In this document: one piece after another, positions 1 through 15,899 of the stretch | Position numbering within the stretch: position 1 is the first letter of the stretch | How the letters are laid out: each line of letters opens with the position of its first letter | Assembly: GCF_009914755.1 (NCBI RefSeq) | Contig: NC_060926.1 | Strand: one strand, 5' to 3' | Length of the DNA stretch: 64,000 nucleotides | DNA from: the human T2T-CHM13v2.0 reference genome, Homo sapiens | Position numbers and translations under genes: made by a program | The notes under the pieces: model-generated | The model's database searches: none | What the model was told of the DNA's origin: nothing | Seen by the model: only the letters and a program-made list of their open reading frames with translations

Positions 1-231
1 TGGGAAAGTCTGTGTTGGGAACCCCAGAGACATGTACTTAAAACATGTTTCTCTAGTGAGTAGATATTCCACTTGTTTTATAGATTTGCATTTGAGGGAG
101 ATGTAGACTGCAGAGAACGAACAATAATGGAAAGTTAGGTTAAAAAATTAGACAAAGAAGAGTGGAAATAAAGGATTCGGGGAATGGGAAAGGTAGGGAC
201 CTCGGCCTCATCATATCCCATTGTTATTTAC

Positions 232-394
232 TTTTTATTTTTTATTAAAGACAAGGTCTTGCTGTGTCGCCCAGGCTGGGGTGCAGTGTTGCAATCATAG
301 TGACTGCAGCCTTCAACTCCTGGACCCAGGTGATCTTCCTACCTTGGCCTCCTAAAGTGCTGGGATTTACAGGCATGAGCCATCATGCCCAGCC
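232..394 (-). mobile_element. Old Alu monomer (FRAM/AluJ-like)
   Basis: T-rich tail, GTCGCCCAGGCTGG...CCTAAAGTGCTGGGATTTACAGGCATGAGCC; single-arm length. Confidence 0.8.
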
Positions 395-1023
395 TGTGTC
401 CCACTGTTGAACTTGCCATCTTTGGTTCATTGTCTACAGGCAACAAGGGGACGGGCCTGAGGATTTCTGATCACAGAGTCTTGGTTTTAATCTAGGTGTA
501 CCACTTACTGGATGTTAACAGTGTGTCTTAGTTAATTCCTGAGTTTGTATCTTATTTTTCAGCATAATTTTTAGGAAAAGCACTTTGTAAACTATGAAGT
601 GCTATAGAATATTGGTTATGATGAGGGCCTTGGACTTACTGGTATAATCCAGACCTTCTCCATGGGTTTATTTTCCTTGTTTAGTTGCTGTGTTTTTGAT
701 TTCTTCTTTTTTCACAGTATGACTTACCCTCCATCCCATGCCCTCCTCCAGAGTTCTCTACTCCCTCTCAGATGGCAGCTCTTCAAATCTTTGTTTATGT
801 ACTGATGGGACAAGGCTCAAGCACCCACTTCTTCTCTTTCAGCTGTTATATTTGAACAGCTTTCTAGATCATATTTCTCTAGGACTTCTATGTTTAATAG
901 TGGGCATTTCAAGGTTTAGTTTTGAATCAGGTTGACAGGGCAGTGGTTTTGTTCTTAATAACAAAATCACTTTAGGATAATTAGAACCGTATAGCAATTT
1001 AACCTTCAAATCACACTACTTTT

Positions 1024-1167
1024 GGCTGGTCACAGTGGCTCATGCCTGTTATCTTAGCACTTTGGGAAGCTGAGGTGGGAGGATCACTCAAGCCCAGGAG
1101 TTTGAGACCAGCTTGGTCAACACAGCAAGACCCTGTTTCTTTAAAAAAAAAAAAAAAAAAAAAAAAA
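1024..1167 (+). mobile_element. FLAM-type Alu monomer with poly(A) and diverged TSD
   Basis: Left-arm-only Alu + A25; flanked by TCAAATCACACTACTTTT (1006-1023) and TCAAATCACATGACTTTT (1169-1186). Confidence 0.85.
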
Positions 1168-1248
1168 GTCAAATCACATGACTTTTTATATAATTTACAC
1201 TGAGTCTAAGTGAACTATTAATACTATAATTCTAGTATTTTAGTAGAA

Positions 1249-1475
1249 TAGAAATTGTCAAACTATGGCCCATGGGCCAAATCTGACCTACCACTTGTTT
1301 TTGTAAATAAAGTTCTTTGGAATGCAGCCATGCACATTTGAAAAAAATATATTGTCTATATCTACTTTCATGCTGCAACAGCAGAGTTCAATAGTTGTGG
1401 CAGAGGTGGTATGGCTAGCAAATCCTAACATATTTACTGTCCAGCAATTTGCAGAAACAGTTTGCTGTGACCCCT
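1249..1475 (+). mobile_element. MER58A-like hAT MITE
   Basis: CAAACTATGGCCCATGGGCCAAATC...GTTTTTGTAAATAAAGT...GTTTGCTGTGACCCCTG matches the recalled MER58A consensus. Confidence 0.75.
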
Positions 1476-1792
1476 GTTCTAGTAGAGATGCTGCAGGCAA
1501 TCTTGGAAGAGTTGGTAGTTTACCAGGGATCAGGTTTTGTGAATTTCCCATGGCAGTAATTTTCCCAGGAAACTCTTCACATTTCCTTTGAGCAGCTTGA
1601 CCTCACATGTGAGAAACACAACTGTAGATGACTTATGTGATGAAAGGCATCAGATATCAAAATCACCAACTAACTAGACTAGTTAGAATACCTAGTGTGA
1701 TTTTTTGGCTAATGTGCTTTTTGAGTTTTTCTCCCTTTGTTTTTTCTCCTCTTTTCCTGCCCTGCCCCTGTATCCCTCCCTGACTTAAACAG

Positions 1793-1927
1793 GTTTGAAT
1801 TCCTCAGCAACATCTACAGCAAATAATAGCCGTTGCGAGGGGGAACTCCGCCTCGGAGAGAGAGTGTTAGTGGTAGGACAGAGACTGGGCACCATTAGGT
1901 TCTTTGGGACAACAAACTTCGCTCCAG
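1793..1927 (+). CDS. CLIP4: CLIP4 internal coding exon (start of CAP-Gly domain: ..LNSSATSTANNSRCEGELRLGERVLVVGQRLGTIRFFGTTNFAPG)
   Basis: Polypyrimidine tract + AACAG| acceptor at 1792; donor CAG|GTAACT at 1928; 135 nt, phase 1-1; N-terminal CAP-Gly motif (GTIRFFGTTNFAPG). Confidence 0.95.
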
Positions 1928-2284
1928 GTAACTCATCTGCATATTTTCTTAACTTGAATTCTTTAGAATACAAAAGGTTTAAAATTTTACATGTAAATAG
2001 AATTTAATTGTAGAGAAATCTTGATGAACAGTTTTTGTGGATGGCAGCTATAGTACAGAAAATGTGAAATGATGATGAAAACTCAGACTGTTTACTCACG
2101 TGGATGGTTACCCATACATTTTTTTCTTGCCATTTGTGTTTTAAATGGTCGGTGTTAAAAATTAGTTGTCATTCTCCAATTTTACTCTTACTGATTGCTG
2201 GGTGTGCTAAGTGACAGGCAAACATTTTAGGATTAGATTTTTGCTACGGATAATCTTTAAAATAAGTAGTAAATAATGAGTTAA

Positions 2285-2758
<474 letters not shown>

Positions 2759-2920
2759 TGATTATAATTTTAAACAGAAGTCGGTTGAACAAAACCAAGT
2801 TTGTATGTTTAGATAGCAATATGCTATTTTAACACGTGGTGGCATTGCAGCATTTTAGGAAAAGGTTATCTAGAACATTGATTAAAAAAAAAAAAGTTTG
2901 TAGCATTTAGCCAAGAACTA

Positions 2921-3383
2921 TGAGGGATCTGAGATTTTACCCTATTTGCAAGCTAACAAATTCGCCTGCCACAGTTTCATAGATGTTGGTGGAAGATACT
3001 GTGAGTACTAGAGTCATCACAGGTTTGAGACAAAGCACTCTAGTACTCACAGTCATAGCAGTAGCCAGAGTATCAGCATTTTCTTGAACTATTATTCCCT
3101 TAGTGCCAATTCCCACAGGGTGAGAGCGAGCGAGCCAGGTGTCACCTGCACAGCCAGTGTTTTTTGTTCCAGGAGAGGACCCTAGAGCTTAGGGAATCTG
3201 AATCTTTGAACTTATGGTACACATCCCTGCCATTTGCTCTGGTGGGAGATGCTAGCTCTATCCTCCAAGGCTGTCCCCTATACAGATGTTTATGAAAAGG
3301 TAGTCTAGAACGAAAGTAGTCACTGCCTCTACCCATAAGACATGCGGAAACATGACAGGACCATAGGCGACTGTCTCCCAACA
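2921..3383 (-). mobile_element. ERVL solo LTR (LTR40-like)
   Basis: Reverse strand begins TGTTGGGAGACA...CAGCCTTGGAGGATAGAG...GAGCAAATGGCAGG, resembling the LTR40 consensus. Confidence 0.6.
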
Positions 3384-5290
3384 CAGTCTTGTTTCACTAA
3401 TACCACTTATAATTGCAAGCCAACTGCGTGATTTGAGTTAGGTGTTTTATAATTCATGACTTTCTTAGGTCTCCAGGTAGTAATTGAGATTAGTTAGGAT
3501 ATACTTAATATAGGATTCAAATAAAAACTTAACCGCACAGGTAGGTTATTTTTTTACAATTACTATTTGTCTTTTGAGTTCCCTTTCTCTGATGTTATTA
3601 AACCAAGATAGAATGGTTTGATTCTTTGGATATAATTCTTCATTTTAGGTTGATTTCAGTTTTTAAATTCCTAATGTAAAGCATTTAGAAATTTGGGAAG
3701 TAGTAAGCAAATATAATAAAAAGTGGAAACTTTTTTGTTAAAAACATTCTGTCCTGTAAGGAAGTAGTAGCATTAAAAATTAATCACTGCTACAGAACAG
3801 TGGTAATATCTTAAGTATTTGGAGGTTATAAGATCTAGATTTGAGGGAGGTCATATTTGGTCTCATCAGCATTTTTTATCAGTGCCACCTTGGAAAGAAA
3901 ATTAACATTTAAATGGGAAGATATCCATACCACACCACTGCCAAAGTGTAGTCTTTATTGTTAACACTTGTCATATGTATTTCTGCTGTATGCTACATGT
4001 TTCCAAGAGTTACATGGTTAACATTAGCAATTATATGGTAAATTAAAATGGGAAAATGCAAAAATTATATAGGAAAGCATAAAAGGCAGAAGCAAGTAAA
4101 ACTTGGAAAATTGTAACTGTAGCACTGAGAAATAACAGTGGCAACCAGACTAACCTGGTTTAGGACATGTGGAAATGTGATGACCTATGTTCAGAGCGTT
4201 AGTGCAGCTTAACAATAGTTTTGTAACATTACTTGTATTACATAGTAGGAAATGGACTCAGGTATCATCTTTTTATACATAGAGGAAAAAAATTAAGAAC
4301 TTGTGAGTTGGTTTTTTAGAAGGCATATAATTAACTCTTTGAACTAGTAATCTGGAAGAAACACTATTTTTGTAATTTGTAATAAGTTTCTTGATATCTA
4401 TCTCCTGTTTTTTTACTTGATACTGATTATAAGAGACCAAATCCAATTACTACTGTACACTCCTTTTAAATCACAAGTAAATGGACTACTAGATACTTCT
4501 AATTGGTCTTGAGGCACCCTCAATTAGAAAATCCTTATTTTAGGATTTTGTGTCCATTTACCTTATATTGGGTAAAACCACATTTAAAGCAACCTTGCTA
4601 CTTTAATTTTAGGCTGTCTAGAAAAGGAAATCCTGTTATTTCCTTCAGAGTAGGTCCTTTTAAATACAAAAAGTCTTTAAAATAATTCTCCCTATTAGCT
4701 AACCTAAACCTTTTCATTTAGGTAAAAAAAAAAAGATTTTTCTTTTTACCTTGGGTGGAAAAAAGAAAAGAAAAAGCACTCATCATGATGTCTAGTGGTA
4801 TTTTCTATAATATTTTTGTCCTTCTTTAATTATTTGAGCACTGTTTGTGGTGTTCTAATGTTAGGTGAGTAAGATGAAAAGATTGCATGTTCATTTTATG
4901 ATTTTTAAATCTCAATATTATGTTTCACTTCTTTCACTGAAACACTATATTACCAAGTCAAGAACAGTTTTTCACTGCAGCTTTTAGATATATTTTGGTC
5001 ATATACTGTTTACACAATTGCCAATTCTTGCCAAATTTGTGTTTGTGCATTTTATTTTCCTCCTTTAATGTACTGCTCTGCAATTATGCTTGTAAAATGT
5101 TTTTCCTGTTCACTTTTTGAATTTTCAAAGTTTACAATTTTATAATTTGAAATCTTAATGAGTATCATGATCTTCCCTCATTTTGGTCATTTATGGAAAT
5201 GTTAAAACACCTCGACTTTGGTTTTGTATAGTAGCATAACAGTTTTGGATAAAGTACAGATGCTTTTGAAATGCAATATTCATGTTCTAG

Positions 5291-5414
5291 GATATTGGTA
5301 TGGTATAGAGCTTGAAAAACCCCATGGCAAGAATGATGGTTCAGTTGGAGGTGTGCAGTATTTTAGCTGTTCTCCAAGATATGGAATATTTGCTCCCCCA
5401 TCCAGGGTGCAAAG
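5291..5414 (+). CDS. CLIP4: CLIP4 coding exon (CAP-Gly core GYWYGIELEKPHGKNDGSVGGVQYFSCSPRYGIFAPPSRVQR)
   Basis: TTCTAG| acceptor, AAG|GTGAGA donor; contains the GKNDG CAP-Gly signature; in frame with the previous exon. Confidence 0.96.
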
Positions 5415-6437
5415 GTGAGAGAATGAAATTTATGTTTATTTACAGAAACTTTTTGTAATCTGCAGTGGTTAATAGAGACACTAATTTTATATTAAAGATA
5501 TGCTCTGATTGTAGCTCATGTCTTCTTTCAAGGGGTTAACCAACCACCTTCTTCAGAGAGAAGGCTCATGGAAAGCTAAATTTGCTTTGCTGAGGATTTG
5601 CAATTTTAAAAACCTCCTTTATTCCTCATTTGCAAACCCTATGAGTATGTGTAGGCTATTAGAAGTGGCGTTTGCAGCTAAGTACAGTGAGAGCAGCAAG
5701 CTTAATCTGTCATGCAAACAAAAGTAAAAATGCTCTCTGATTGCTTCAGTCACATCCTAACTACATTAAATTTCCTGCCAGCAGGCACCCCATTCATTCT
5801 CCTACAAACCTAATGGAACCAAAATGGCTTTTTCCTCTGATTTCTTTAGTTTTCAAAAATAGATAGGCAGTAGATCTTTGGGGGAAGTGAAACTTCAAGG
5901 ATTTTTATATAATATATCTCCTTGGTGTTTCTTCTTAAGATAGTATCTTTCATACCACCTCATCCGGTTTTAAAAAATAAGTTGAGCAGAAACAAAGTCC
6001 TCATAAAATTCCAGGTATCATTATGTGAAATGGCTTCTCTTATGCTCTGGAAGAAGCTGCTTGGTGTGCCTTTTAGCGGATGGGAAATGGGATACTAATC
6101 TTTAAATGAGAGATAACATATATGGCATAATCACATTCATGAGACTAGACCTACGATCGCAATCTGGGAGTCTTGTCTAGTTTTCCCTTACAACTAGACT
6201 GTTGTGACTATCTCCTGGCAGATTGAAGTTTTACATCCATTTCTCCCTCAATTTCTTTTTCTGAGTGAATCATTACATATTTGTTTAGTATTAATTTCCT
6301 TCTATGATATACTTGACATAATTTTCTTCATATTTATGGTGATAACAGAATTTAACATACAATACTTTGTAGTTTATAAAGTATTTTCACTTAAGTGTTG
6401 TTTCATTTGATCCTAATATTGATCAGGTAAGCTGGAG

Positions 6438-6960
6438 AATAATAACTATTACAAACATTTGTTGAGCATTTAGTGAGTGGGTGGGCTCTGTACAGTGTGC
6501 TTTAGATGCATACCTCATTAATTCCCCCAGACCCTGCGAGCTGTAAGTTATTAGGATCATTCCCATTTTGCAGATGAAGAAACAGGTTTCAAAGAGATAA
6601 GTGATTTAGCTAAAGTCATACAGCTAATTAGCCAAGGAGCTGGACTCAGCCCAGGTGTGTTACTTTGTAATTGTTTTTTCTGTAAGCCCTTGCTTTTAGA
6701 TGGTTTGTTCTTTCTTTCTTTCTTTTTTTTTTTGTATTTGTTTTATAAATGAAGAAAAGGAAGCAGTAACTACGAATAGTGCTTATACATGCTGGGGTCT
6801 GTTTGCAGGGCCCTTCATGTATTAACCTGTTTACTGCTCTCCAGTAACCCTGTGGTGCAGGCACCATGTTCCCTCAATGAGGAAAGTAAGTCACAAGGGG
6901 TGACATGTGCTGTGCTCCCAGCTGGGGATTTGAACCCAGGTAGTCTAGTATCAGCATGTG
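6438..6960 (-). mobile_element. Two MIR fragments
   Basis: CCCATTTTGCAGATGAAGAAACAGG...AAAGTCATACAGCTA core; second fragment contains GGATTTGAACCCAGG. Confidence 0.7.
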
Positions 6961-7977
6961 TGCCCTTAACCGTAACCCTATAACGGTTAGAAGAGCTTCA
7001 GGGACCTTCGTCAGGACATACATCTTGTAAATAATTGGTTTGGGAGTAAAATGCATGCTGAGTCACCAGTGAATCTTCTGTGTTCTCATGTTACTTTGGG
7101 CATATCTTCATCAAAACATTGCAGCAGTCTCTTACAAGTTTTGTTTGTTTCCTAGTCATGAGGACTGGGATTCTGCTTTTCATGTTTGATTACTCAGAGT
7201 ACATAGTTTGGCATATTTTAGGCACGGTAAATATTGATCCAATCTGATTCCTAGTTCAGTGGTTTTATGCTGTAACAGCTTTTTCCTCCTCCTTTACGTT
7301 GTCAAGCCACTTTCTCATGGTTTCATCTTTTCCTTCTTGCTTTGTTTCTGGAGCACACGTTTTTTACTTTTTTTTGATTGCCTTCTATTTGGTTTTCTTT
7401 AGGGTGGTGCATTTAAAAAGCAGCCCCCTCTTCTTCAAAAAAAAAAAAAATAGGGCTGTCTCTAAATGAACTGCTATCTCAATCCAGCTGTCTTCCTGTC
7501 ATCTTCTGATTGTCTCATTCATCATCATCAAATACTATTAAGTGTCTTTTAGCACTTATGCTGTGCTAGGCATTCTATAAGCGAATAAAACAGACATGGT
7601 CCCTGATTTTGAGGCGTTTCTAATCTGAACCAGCTTTGGAACTCTTGAAAGATACCACTGATCTTCAAGATGGAAGAATTTTAAACTAGGGACTGCTTGA
7701 GGACAGTCTTAATAAGGTAGTGTCCAGTCACAATCACACCTTGCATCTTCTTCCTTCTCAGGACTATGGCTGGCCTTTCCCCCCACCCCTTTCTGTTTGT
7801 AAAATGTGCTTCCTATCCCAGAATCTTTGCACATGTTATTTTTTCTGCTTGGATGGCTTTCTACACCCGCCTACTATTGCCTAACTTTCACTTATTTAAT
7901 ACCTTTCTTCTGCTAATATATGAATCAGTCAAAACTTCTTTAGAGAAACTCTAGGAAAACTCACTGACTAGGTTAAT

Positions 7978-7991
7978 CACATACACACACA

Positions 7992-8024
<33 letters not shown>
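7978..8024. repeat. (CA)n microsatellite
   Basis: Interrupted CA dinucleotide run. Confidence 0.95.
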
Positions 8025-8027
<3 letters not shown>

Positions 8028-8937
8028 TCAAGTAATCTTCATTAGCATAATATTCACTTTCTTAGTTCTTACTATTATTAGGCACTTACTACTAATGAAC
8101 TGATTACTTCTAGAATTCACTCCCTCTCAACTGTCTGTTACTACTTCATTCAAATATCCATTCTCTTCATAAAATCATATTCTTTGTGTCCATCAGTCTC
8201 TCATTGCAGTATGTTGTATATCATGTAAAAATGATGCCTATGAATTGTAATGTGAAATTGCAAATATTTCAAGAGTTGAAGGATTTCTTGATGGTAATAA
8301 GATATGCTGGAGGAAGTGATTGACAAATGAAGGCTTTCCAGATTTAGGTCACTAAACAGTTGAAAGAAAATGAGCCTGTCAGGATTGACTTTTTAAAGAT
8401 AAAGAATGATTTGAATATCAAAAAATGCAGGAAAATCCACTGGGAAAGTGACCTTTATAATTGTGGCTTAGAGTCAAGTATAAAGTAAAAGATGTTGAAT
8501 TGTATTAGCCATATAGTTTTACCAGAAAAATCACTCACACAAACTCAGCCAATATCTTTTTCTTTCAGCTTAAGAATTAGTGCCTTTTTCACAATATTAA
8601 TCTAACATTTGTTAAGTTTAATATAAAATAAACTTATTTTCATATTTTTTAGTTTCACCTTTGAAGATGAGGTTACAAAGAAATTCAGGTCCATATTTTA
8701 GGTGAATTCACTTGAATTTTTTTCTACACTAATTATCTTTAGATAGTGAGAACCTCTTCTATTTAATTATTGTTTTTCTTCCATGCCAGATGGAAGTTCA
8801 TTCCTGGCTTAAAATGGACCCTCCATAAATATTTGTCTGATGAATGACTACAATTGGTGTGAAAAACTTAGTTGATAACCAGTCTTAAACCTGAAGACCA
8901 GCTACTTCTAACGAGATGTCCTTTGTTTTATTCATAG

Positions 8938-9002
8938 AGTAACAGATTCCCTGGATACCCTTTCAGAAATTTCTTCAAATAAACAGAACCATTCTTATCC
9001 TG
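8938..9002 (+). CDS. CLIP4: CLIP4 65-nt coding exon (VTDSLDTLSEISSNKQNHSYPG)
   Basis: TTCATAG| acceptor, CTG|GTAAGA donor; phase 2-1 links the flanking exons in frame. Too short for the ORF track. Confidence 0.9.
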
Positions 9003-9054
9003 GTAAGACTACACAGTTTTGTGTTCCTAATCAATATTTCTTTGCTTTCATTTA

Positions 9055-10283
<1,229 letters not shown>

Positions 10284-10596
10284 TGCACTTTTTGTTTTAA
10301 GAAATCTTTTCTTAAAATTGAAATTATGAAGATATTTTCTTATATTGTTTTCTAAAAGATTTATATTTTTGTGTTTCCCATGTGTCAGTTTACTCAGAAT
10401 TGATTTTGTGTATGGTAAGTATCTAATTTCTTTTTTTTTTTTGCATGGATAACCATCTATGAAAAAATGATTTGTATGATACCAATCCTTAAATAATTGT
10501 TGAGATTAATTTTATGGCCCACCCTAATAGGTGTGTTGTTTTAATTTGAAATTCCCTAGTGTTTTAATTTGGAATTTTCTAAGGATGTTTGATGAT

Positions 10597-10789
10597 GTAT
10601 TAGTTGCTAGGGATGCTGTGACAAAGTACCACAGACTGGGTGGTTGAAACACAGAAATTTATTTTCTCACAATTTCGGAGGCTCTAGAAGTCTGAGATCA
10701 AGGTGTTGGCAGGTTTGGTTTATTCTAAGGCCTTTCTCTATGGCTTGTAGATGGCCTTCTATCTCTGGTGTTTTCATGCGGTCTTTTTC

Positions 10790-10833
<44 letters not shown>

Positions 10834-11023
10834 ACTCTCCTCATAAAGACACTAGTCATGTTGGATTAGAGCCTATCCATGTGACCTCATTTAACTTAAT
10901 TACTTCCAATTACATATGACCTCATTTTACCATAATTATCTCCAAATATAGTCACATTCTGAAATGCCAGGAGGTTAGGACTTCAGCATATGAGTTTTTG
11001 GGGTGCAAAATTCAGCCTGTAAC
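10597..11023 (-). mobile_element. MLT1-family MaLR solo LTR containing a (TG)n run at ~10792-10830
   Basis: TGTATTAGT...ACAAAGTACCACAGACTGGGTGG...GAAATTTATTTTCTCACA...CAGCCTGTAACA. Confidence 0.8.
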
Positions 11024-11059
11024 AGATGCTGACTGTCTTTTCATATATTTATTTGCCAT

Positions 11060-12830
11060 CTCTTTTTTGTATTTTTTATTGACGTAGTTGTACATATTTT
11101 TGGGGTACATGTGATAATTTGATGCACGTATACAATGTGTAATCATTAAGTCAGGGTAATTGGGATATCTATCACCTCAAACATCGATCTTTTCTTTGTG
11201 TTGGGAATGTTATAATTCTTCTCTCCTAGCTATTTTTAAATATACTTAAATATACAATGTTGTTACCCGTAATTTTCCCCCTGTGCTATTGAATACTAGA
11301 ACTTATCCCTTCTATTTAACTGCATGTTTGTGCCCATTAGCCAACCTCTCTTTATCCCCCTTCCCACCCACACACACCTCCCAGCCTTTGAGGCTAATCA
11401 TTCTACTCTCTACCTTCACAAGATCCACTGTTTTAGCTCCTGCACATGAGTGAGAACGTGTGATATTTGTCTTTCTGTGCCTGGCGTATTTCACTTAACC
11501 TCCAGTTCCATCCATGTTGCTGCAAGTGACAGGATTTCCTTCTTTTTATGGTGGAATAATATTCCACTGTATTATGTATATATACTATATTTTCTTTCTC
11601 CATTCATCCATTGGTGGACACTTAGGTTGATTCTATATCTTGGCTGTTGGGAATCGTGCTTCAGTAAACATGAGAGTGCAGCTATCTCTTCAATGTACTG
11701 ATTTCCTTTCTTTTGGATATATACCAGCAGTGGAATTGCTGGATTATATGATAGTTCTATTTTTAGTTTTTTGAAGAAACTCCATCCTGTTTTTCCATGA
11801 TGGCTGTAACTACTGCCTATTCCCAACAGCATACAACAGTGTCCCAATAACAGTGTGCTGTATCTTCTTTGATGATGTGCCTGTTCACATCTTCTGCTCA
11901 TTTTAAAATTCTGTTTGCTATTTTCTTGTTGTTCTTTGTATATTTTGAATACCAAACATGTATCAGACATGTGTTTTGCAACTATTTCCCCCAGTCTGTG
12001 ACTTGTCTTTTCATTCTCTTAACAGTGTATTTCACAGAGCAGAAGCTTTTAGTTTTAATGAAGTCCGAGTTATCAGTTTTTTATTTTGTGAATTGTGCTT
12101 TGGTGTTTTATCTAAAAGTCATCATCAAACCCAAGATCACTCTGATTTTTGTCCTGTGTTATCTTCTAGGAGTTTTATAGTTTTGTGTCTTATAAGATCT
12201 ATGATCCATTTTGAGTTAATTTTTGGGTAAGATGTGAGGGTCTGTGTCTAGATTTTTTTTTTTCACATGTGAATGTCCAGTTGTTCGAGTATTAGGTGTT
12301 GAAAAGACTGTCTTTTTTCCATTGAATTGCCTTTGCTCTTTTTTCAAAGATCAGTTGACTAATTTATATTGGGCTATTTCTGGGCTCTCCGTTCTGTTTC
12401 ATTGATCTATTTGTCTCATCTTTTGCCAGTACCACACTGTCTTGATTACTGTAGCTTTATAGTAATTCTTCAGGTTGAGTAGTGTCAATCCTCTGGTTTT
12501 GATCTGCTTCTTCAATGTTGTGTTGGTTATTCTAGGCCTTTCACCTGTGTATATAAACTTCATAATCAGTTTGTCAATATCCATAAAATAACTTGCTGGG
12601 ATTTTAATTGGGATTGCATTGACTATATAGATCAAGTTGGGAAGAACTGACATGTTAATATTTAGTCTTTTTACCTATAAACATGGACTATCTCTCCATT
12701 TATTTATATCTTCTTTGATTTCTTCCATCAGAGTTTTATAGTTTTCCTCATAGAGACTTTGTACATGTTTTGTTAGATTTATACCTATGTATTTAATTGT
12801 TTGGCATTAATGTAAGTGGTGTTGCTTTCA
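11060..12830 (-). mobile_element. L1M fragments including degraded ORF2 homology
   Basis: ORF 12399-12653 (NAIPIKIP...YYKATVIKTVWYW) and ORF 11572-11970 ([15 protein letters not shown]) are L1 ORF2p-like; L1 3'UTR at 11060-11800. Confidence 0.88.
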
Positions 12831-12942
12831 TAATAATATATATTTTTTTACCTTATACCAACTTTCTTTTGGTTAAGTATTTGCCGAATATATCTTTTTC
12901 TGTCCATTGACTTGTAACCTTTCTATGTTCTTATGTTTTTAG

Positions 12943-13271
<329 letters not shown>

Positions 13272-15569
13272 TAGGTTTTACTTTTTTAAAAAAATCTGAC
13301 AATCTTTCTTTTAACCTGAGAGTCTTACTCATTTGCATTTATTGTAATTACTGATATACACTGATGATATTTTTGTTATTTTATTTGTTTTCTATTCACT
13401 TTTTTGTACTTAATAAGTGATTTTTATTTCTTGACTTTATTCTGGCTATATTCCCACCCTCTGTTTTTTTTTTTTTTTCATTCTGTTTACTGCCTCTACT
13501 TGTGTAGAAGTTATAGTCTATGAATATGCTTCTTAGTAATTACTGTAGATAATTTAACATTGATACTTGGCAAAATCTAAAGTTAATGATTTTTATCCTT
13601 TCTCAATAATAGAAAATCATTAGAAACTGAGTTGTCCAGTCTGTATTTTATTTCTCCTATAAATTTGATATTATTGTAATAGTTTTATATTGTAATGTTA
13701 CTCTCATATTTCCCAGTGTCTTTACTCATTAACCCTCAGAATTTGTACTTGGGATCATTTTTAAAATTTCATGTATATAAAATTTCTTTTAGAAAGGGTC
13801 TGTTGGGTAACAAACTCTTTGTTTTTGTCTTTTCCAATGATAACTTTACTGGGTGTAGAATTTTAGGTTTAAAGATATTTTCCCCCTGCATATTGACAGT
13901 ATCGTTGTGCTGTTTTTGGCTTCTGTCATTGTTGATGAGACGTCACCTGTGAGTCTAACTAATTCATATTATTGTTTCACTATCATGTCTAGGTAGAGAT
14001 TTCTTTTTGTTTATCCTGTTTATCCTTTTTGTTTGGCATTACGGATTTTTCTGTATCTGGGAGTTGATCAATTCTTTACAATTCTTATTTATTATAATTA
14101 AAATAGTTTCTCCTTTATTATTTTTCTTAGCTCCTTCTGAAAGTCTGTTTAGTAGTATGTTGGACCTTCTCATTTTCTTTCCCATGCGCTCTCATATTTC
14201 TCACAACTTGTCACTCTAGACTATATTTTGGATATCTTTAGACCCATCATTCTGTTTCTTGATTCTCTCTTCAGCTATGTTTATTCTGCTGCTTAATCCG
14301 GCCATAAAGTTGTAAAATTATAAAAATTGTCTTTTTTTCTTTTTTCAAATCTGCTTGCAAGTTACCATTGCAATTCTTTCCCCATATTTTCAAATTTTTC
14401 TTTTATGTCTTTAAATATTTAAAGTATTATCTTTTATTTTGTGTTAAATAATTCAGTATCTAAAGCCTTTGTGAGTCTGATTCTGCCATCTGTTTCTGTT
14501 GAGACTAACTTATGGTTTGCCTTCTTTCCTTGTGAGATGCTTGTTTTGCTCAGAATTTTATATATAAAAATTCTTTGAGGCCTGGGTTGATGCTTCCAGA
14601 GAAGATTGTGTCTACCTGTGCCAGTTGCCTGGAGGCATTGCCAACCTGGGACTTTAATTTATAGTCTCTGCAACATATTTTTGTATTACAAGATAACATG
14701 AATTTCATTCATGGTAACAAATTCTGAGGGGAGAAAATTTTGTCTCCTACTGAGGATTAAGGTTGACATAAGTGACTTTCCTTTGTCATCATCTGAACGG
14801 TGTTTCGTTTTGTTTCTCATTTCACCTTGCACTGAGAGTGAGCTGTTGGGGATCCTCACTTTAACCAAGAATCTTTTGTGAGAATCTCCATTTGGAGGCC
14901 CTGGGCTTTATTTTCTTCCCTGTCTCCTGTGCAGCCAGTAAGGTGAAAGCCCAGGTTCTCTGGAATTCAGCGGAAAGCCTGCTGGTATAAGATGGTCAAT
15001 TACTTTGGTGCTTGGAGGCCTCTGATGGTTTCCCTTTTTTGTTTTTAGCCACTTTGAAATTGTGCCTTTTGTGTCAGCTCGATAGTATTTTTAAAAAATT
15101 ATAGTTTTAAACTAAAATTGTGTCAATCAAAAGATTCATTCAGCACGTCTGGTCTGCCATAACTGGCCAGGCTGGAAATCTTGTTTCTTTTTAATAACAT
15201 CTTTTTAAAAATTTACCTCTTGTGAAGTGTTTTTATTTCTGTTGTATTATTTGGAGAGGCCAACAATCAAAAGCTCTGAAGTTAATTGTTCAATGTTTTA
15301 TAAATGATTGTATCTTTTAAACCATTTTATCTTTTTCTTTTTTATATGATTATCAAGATTATCATATTTGACAGTAAAAATAATCAGCTTTATAAATGTG
15401 TAATTCAATTTTATTTGATTTTTAAGAAATCTTATAATGAAATTCTCCAAAAGTAATGTCATGCTCTTCACTTATTCATCTATGTGTATAGTTTGATCAT
15501 GAAAGTAAAGATGAAAATTTGTTAAGAAATCTAAACTACCGTTATATTCTGTATACTTACCTTCTCTGC

Positions 15570-15703
15570 TTTCTTTTCTTTTTTTTTAATGAGATAGGAT
15601 CTCACTCTATTGCCCAGGCTGGTCTTGAACTCCTAAGTTCAAGCAGTCTTCCCACTAGGCCTCCCAAAGTGCTGGGATTACAGGTGTGAGCCACCATGCC
15701 AGC
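15570..15703 (-). mobile_element. FLAM-type Alu monomer
   Basis: GCCCAGGCTGGTCTTGAACTCCT...CTCCCAAAGTGCTGGGATTACAGG; ~130 bp. Confidence 0.85.
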
Positions 15704-15826
15704 CTGCTGTTTTGAAAGAAACATTTAATATAATAGAACATCTACAGAAGAAGTGATAAAATATCATTTTAAATAAGGACTGAAAGCTTATATTTTTCCT
15801 CTGCTAACCCCAACTTTCATATTTAG

Positions 15827-15899
15827 GTTTTAGGAGAAGTTTTAGCACAACTTCTGCTTCTTCCCAAAAGGAGATTAACAGAAGAAATGCTTTTTCCAA
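15827..15899 (+). CDS. CLIP4: CLIP4 73-nt penultimate coding exon (FRRSFSTTSASSQKEINRRNAFSK)
   Basis: Branch-like CTAAC, ATTTAG| acceptor, CAA|GTGAGT donor; phase 1-2 keeps the frame into the last exon. Confidence 0.9.

Noticed and set aside
5750-5875. Possible cryptic CLIP4 acceptor (CCTAAC...TTTCCTGCCAGCAG)
   Set aside because: Weak pyrimidine tract, no matching donor or nearby poly(A) signal; cannot be supported from sequence alone.
6968-6990. Short hairpin TAACCGT-N9-ACGGTTA
   Set aside because: A 7-bp stem is expected by chance in 64 kb.
11572-12653. ORFs with L1 ORF2p similarity
   Set aside because: Short, disrupted fragments of an old L1; not an active element or a host gene.
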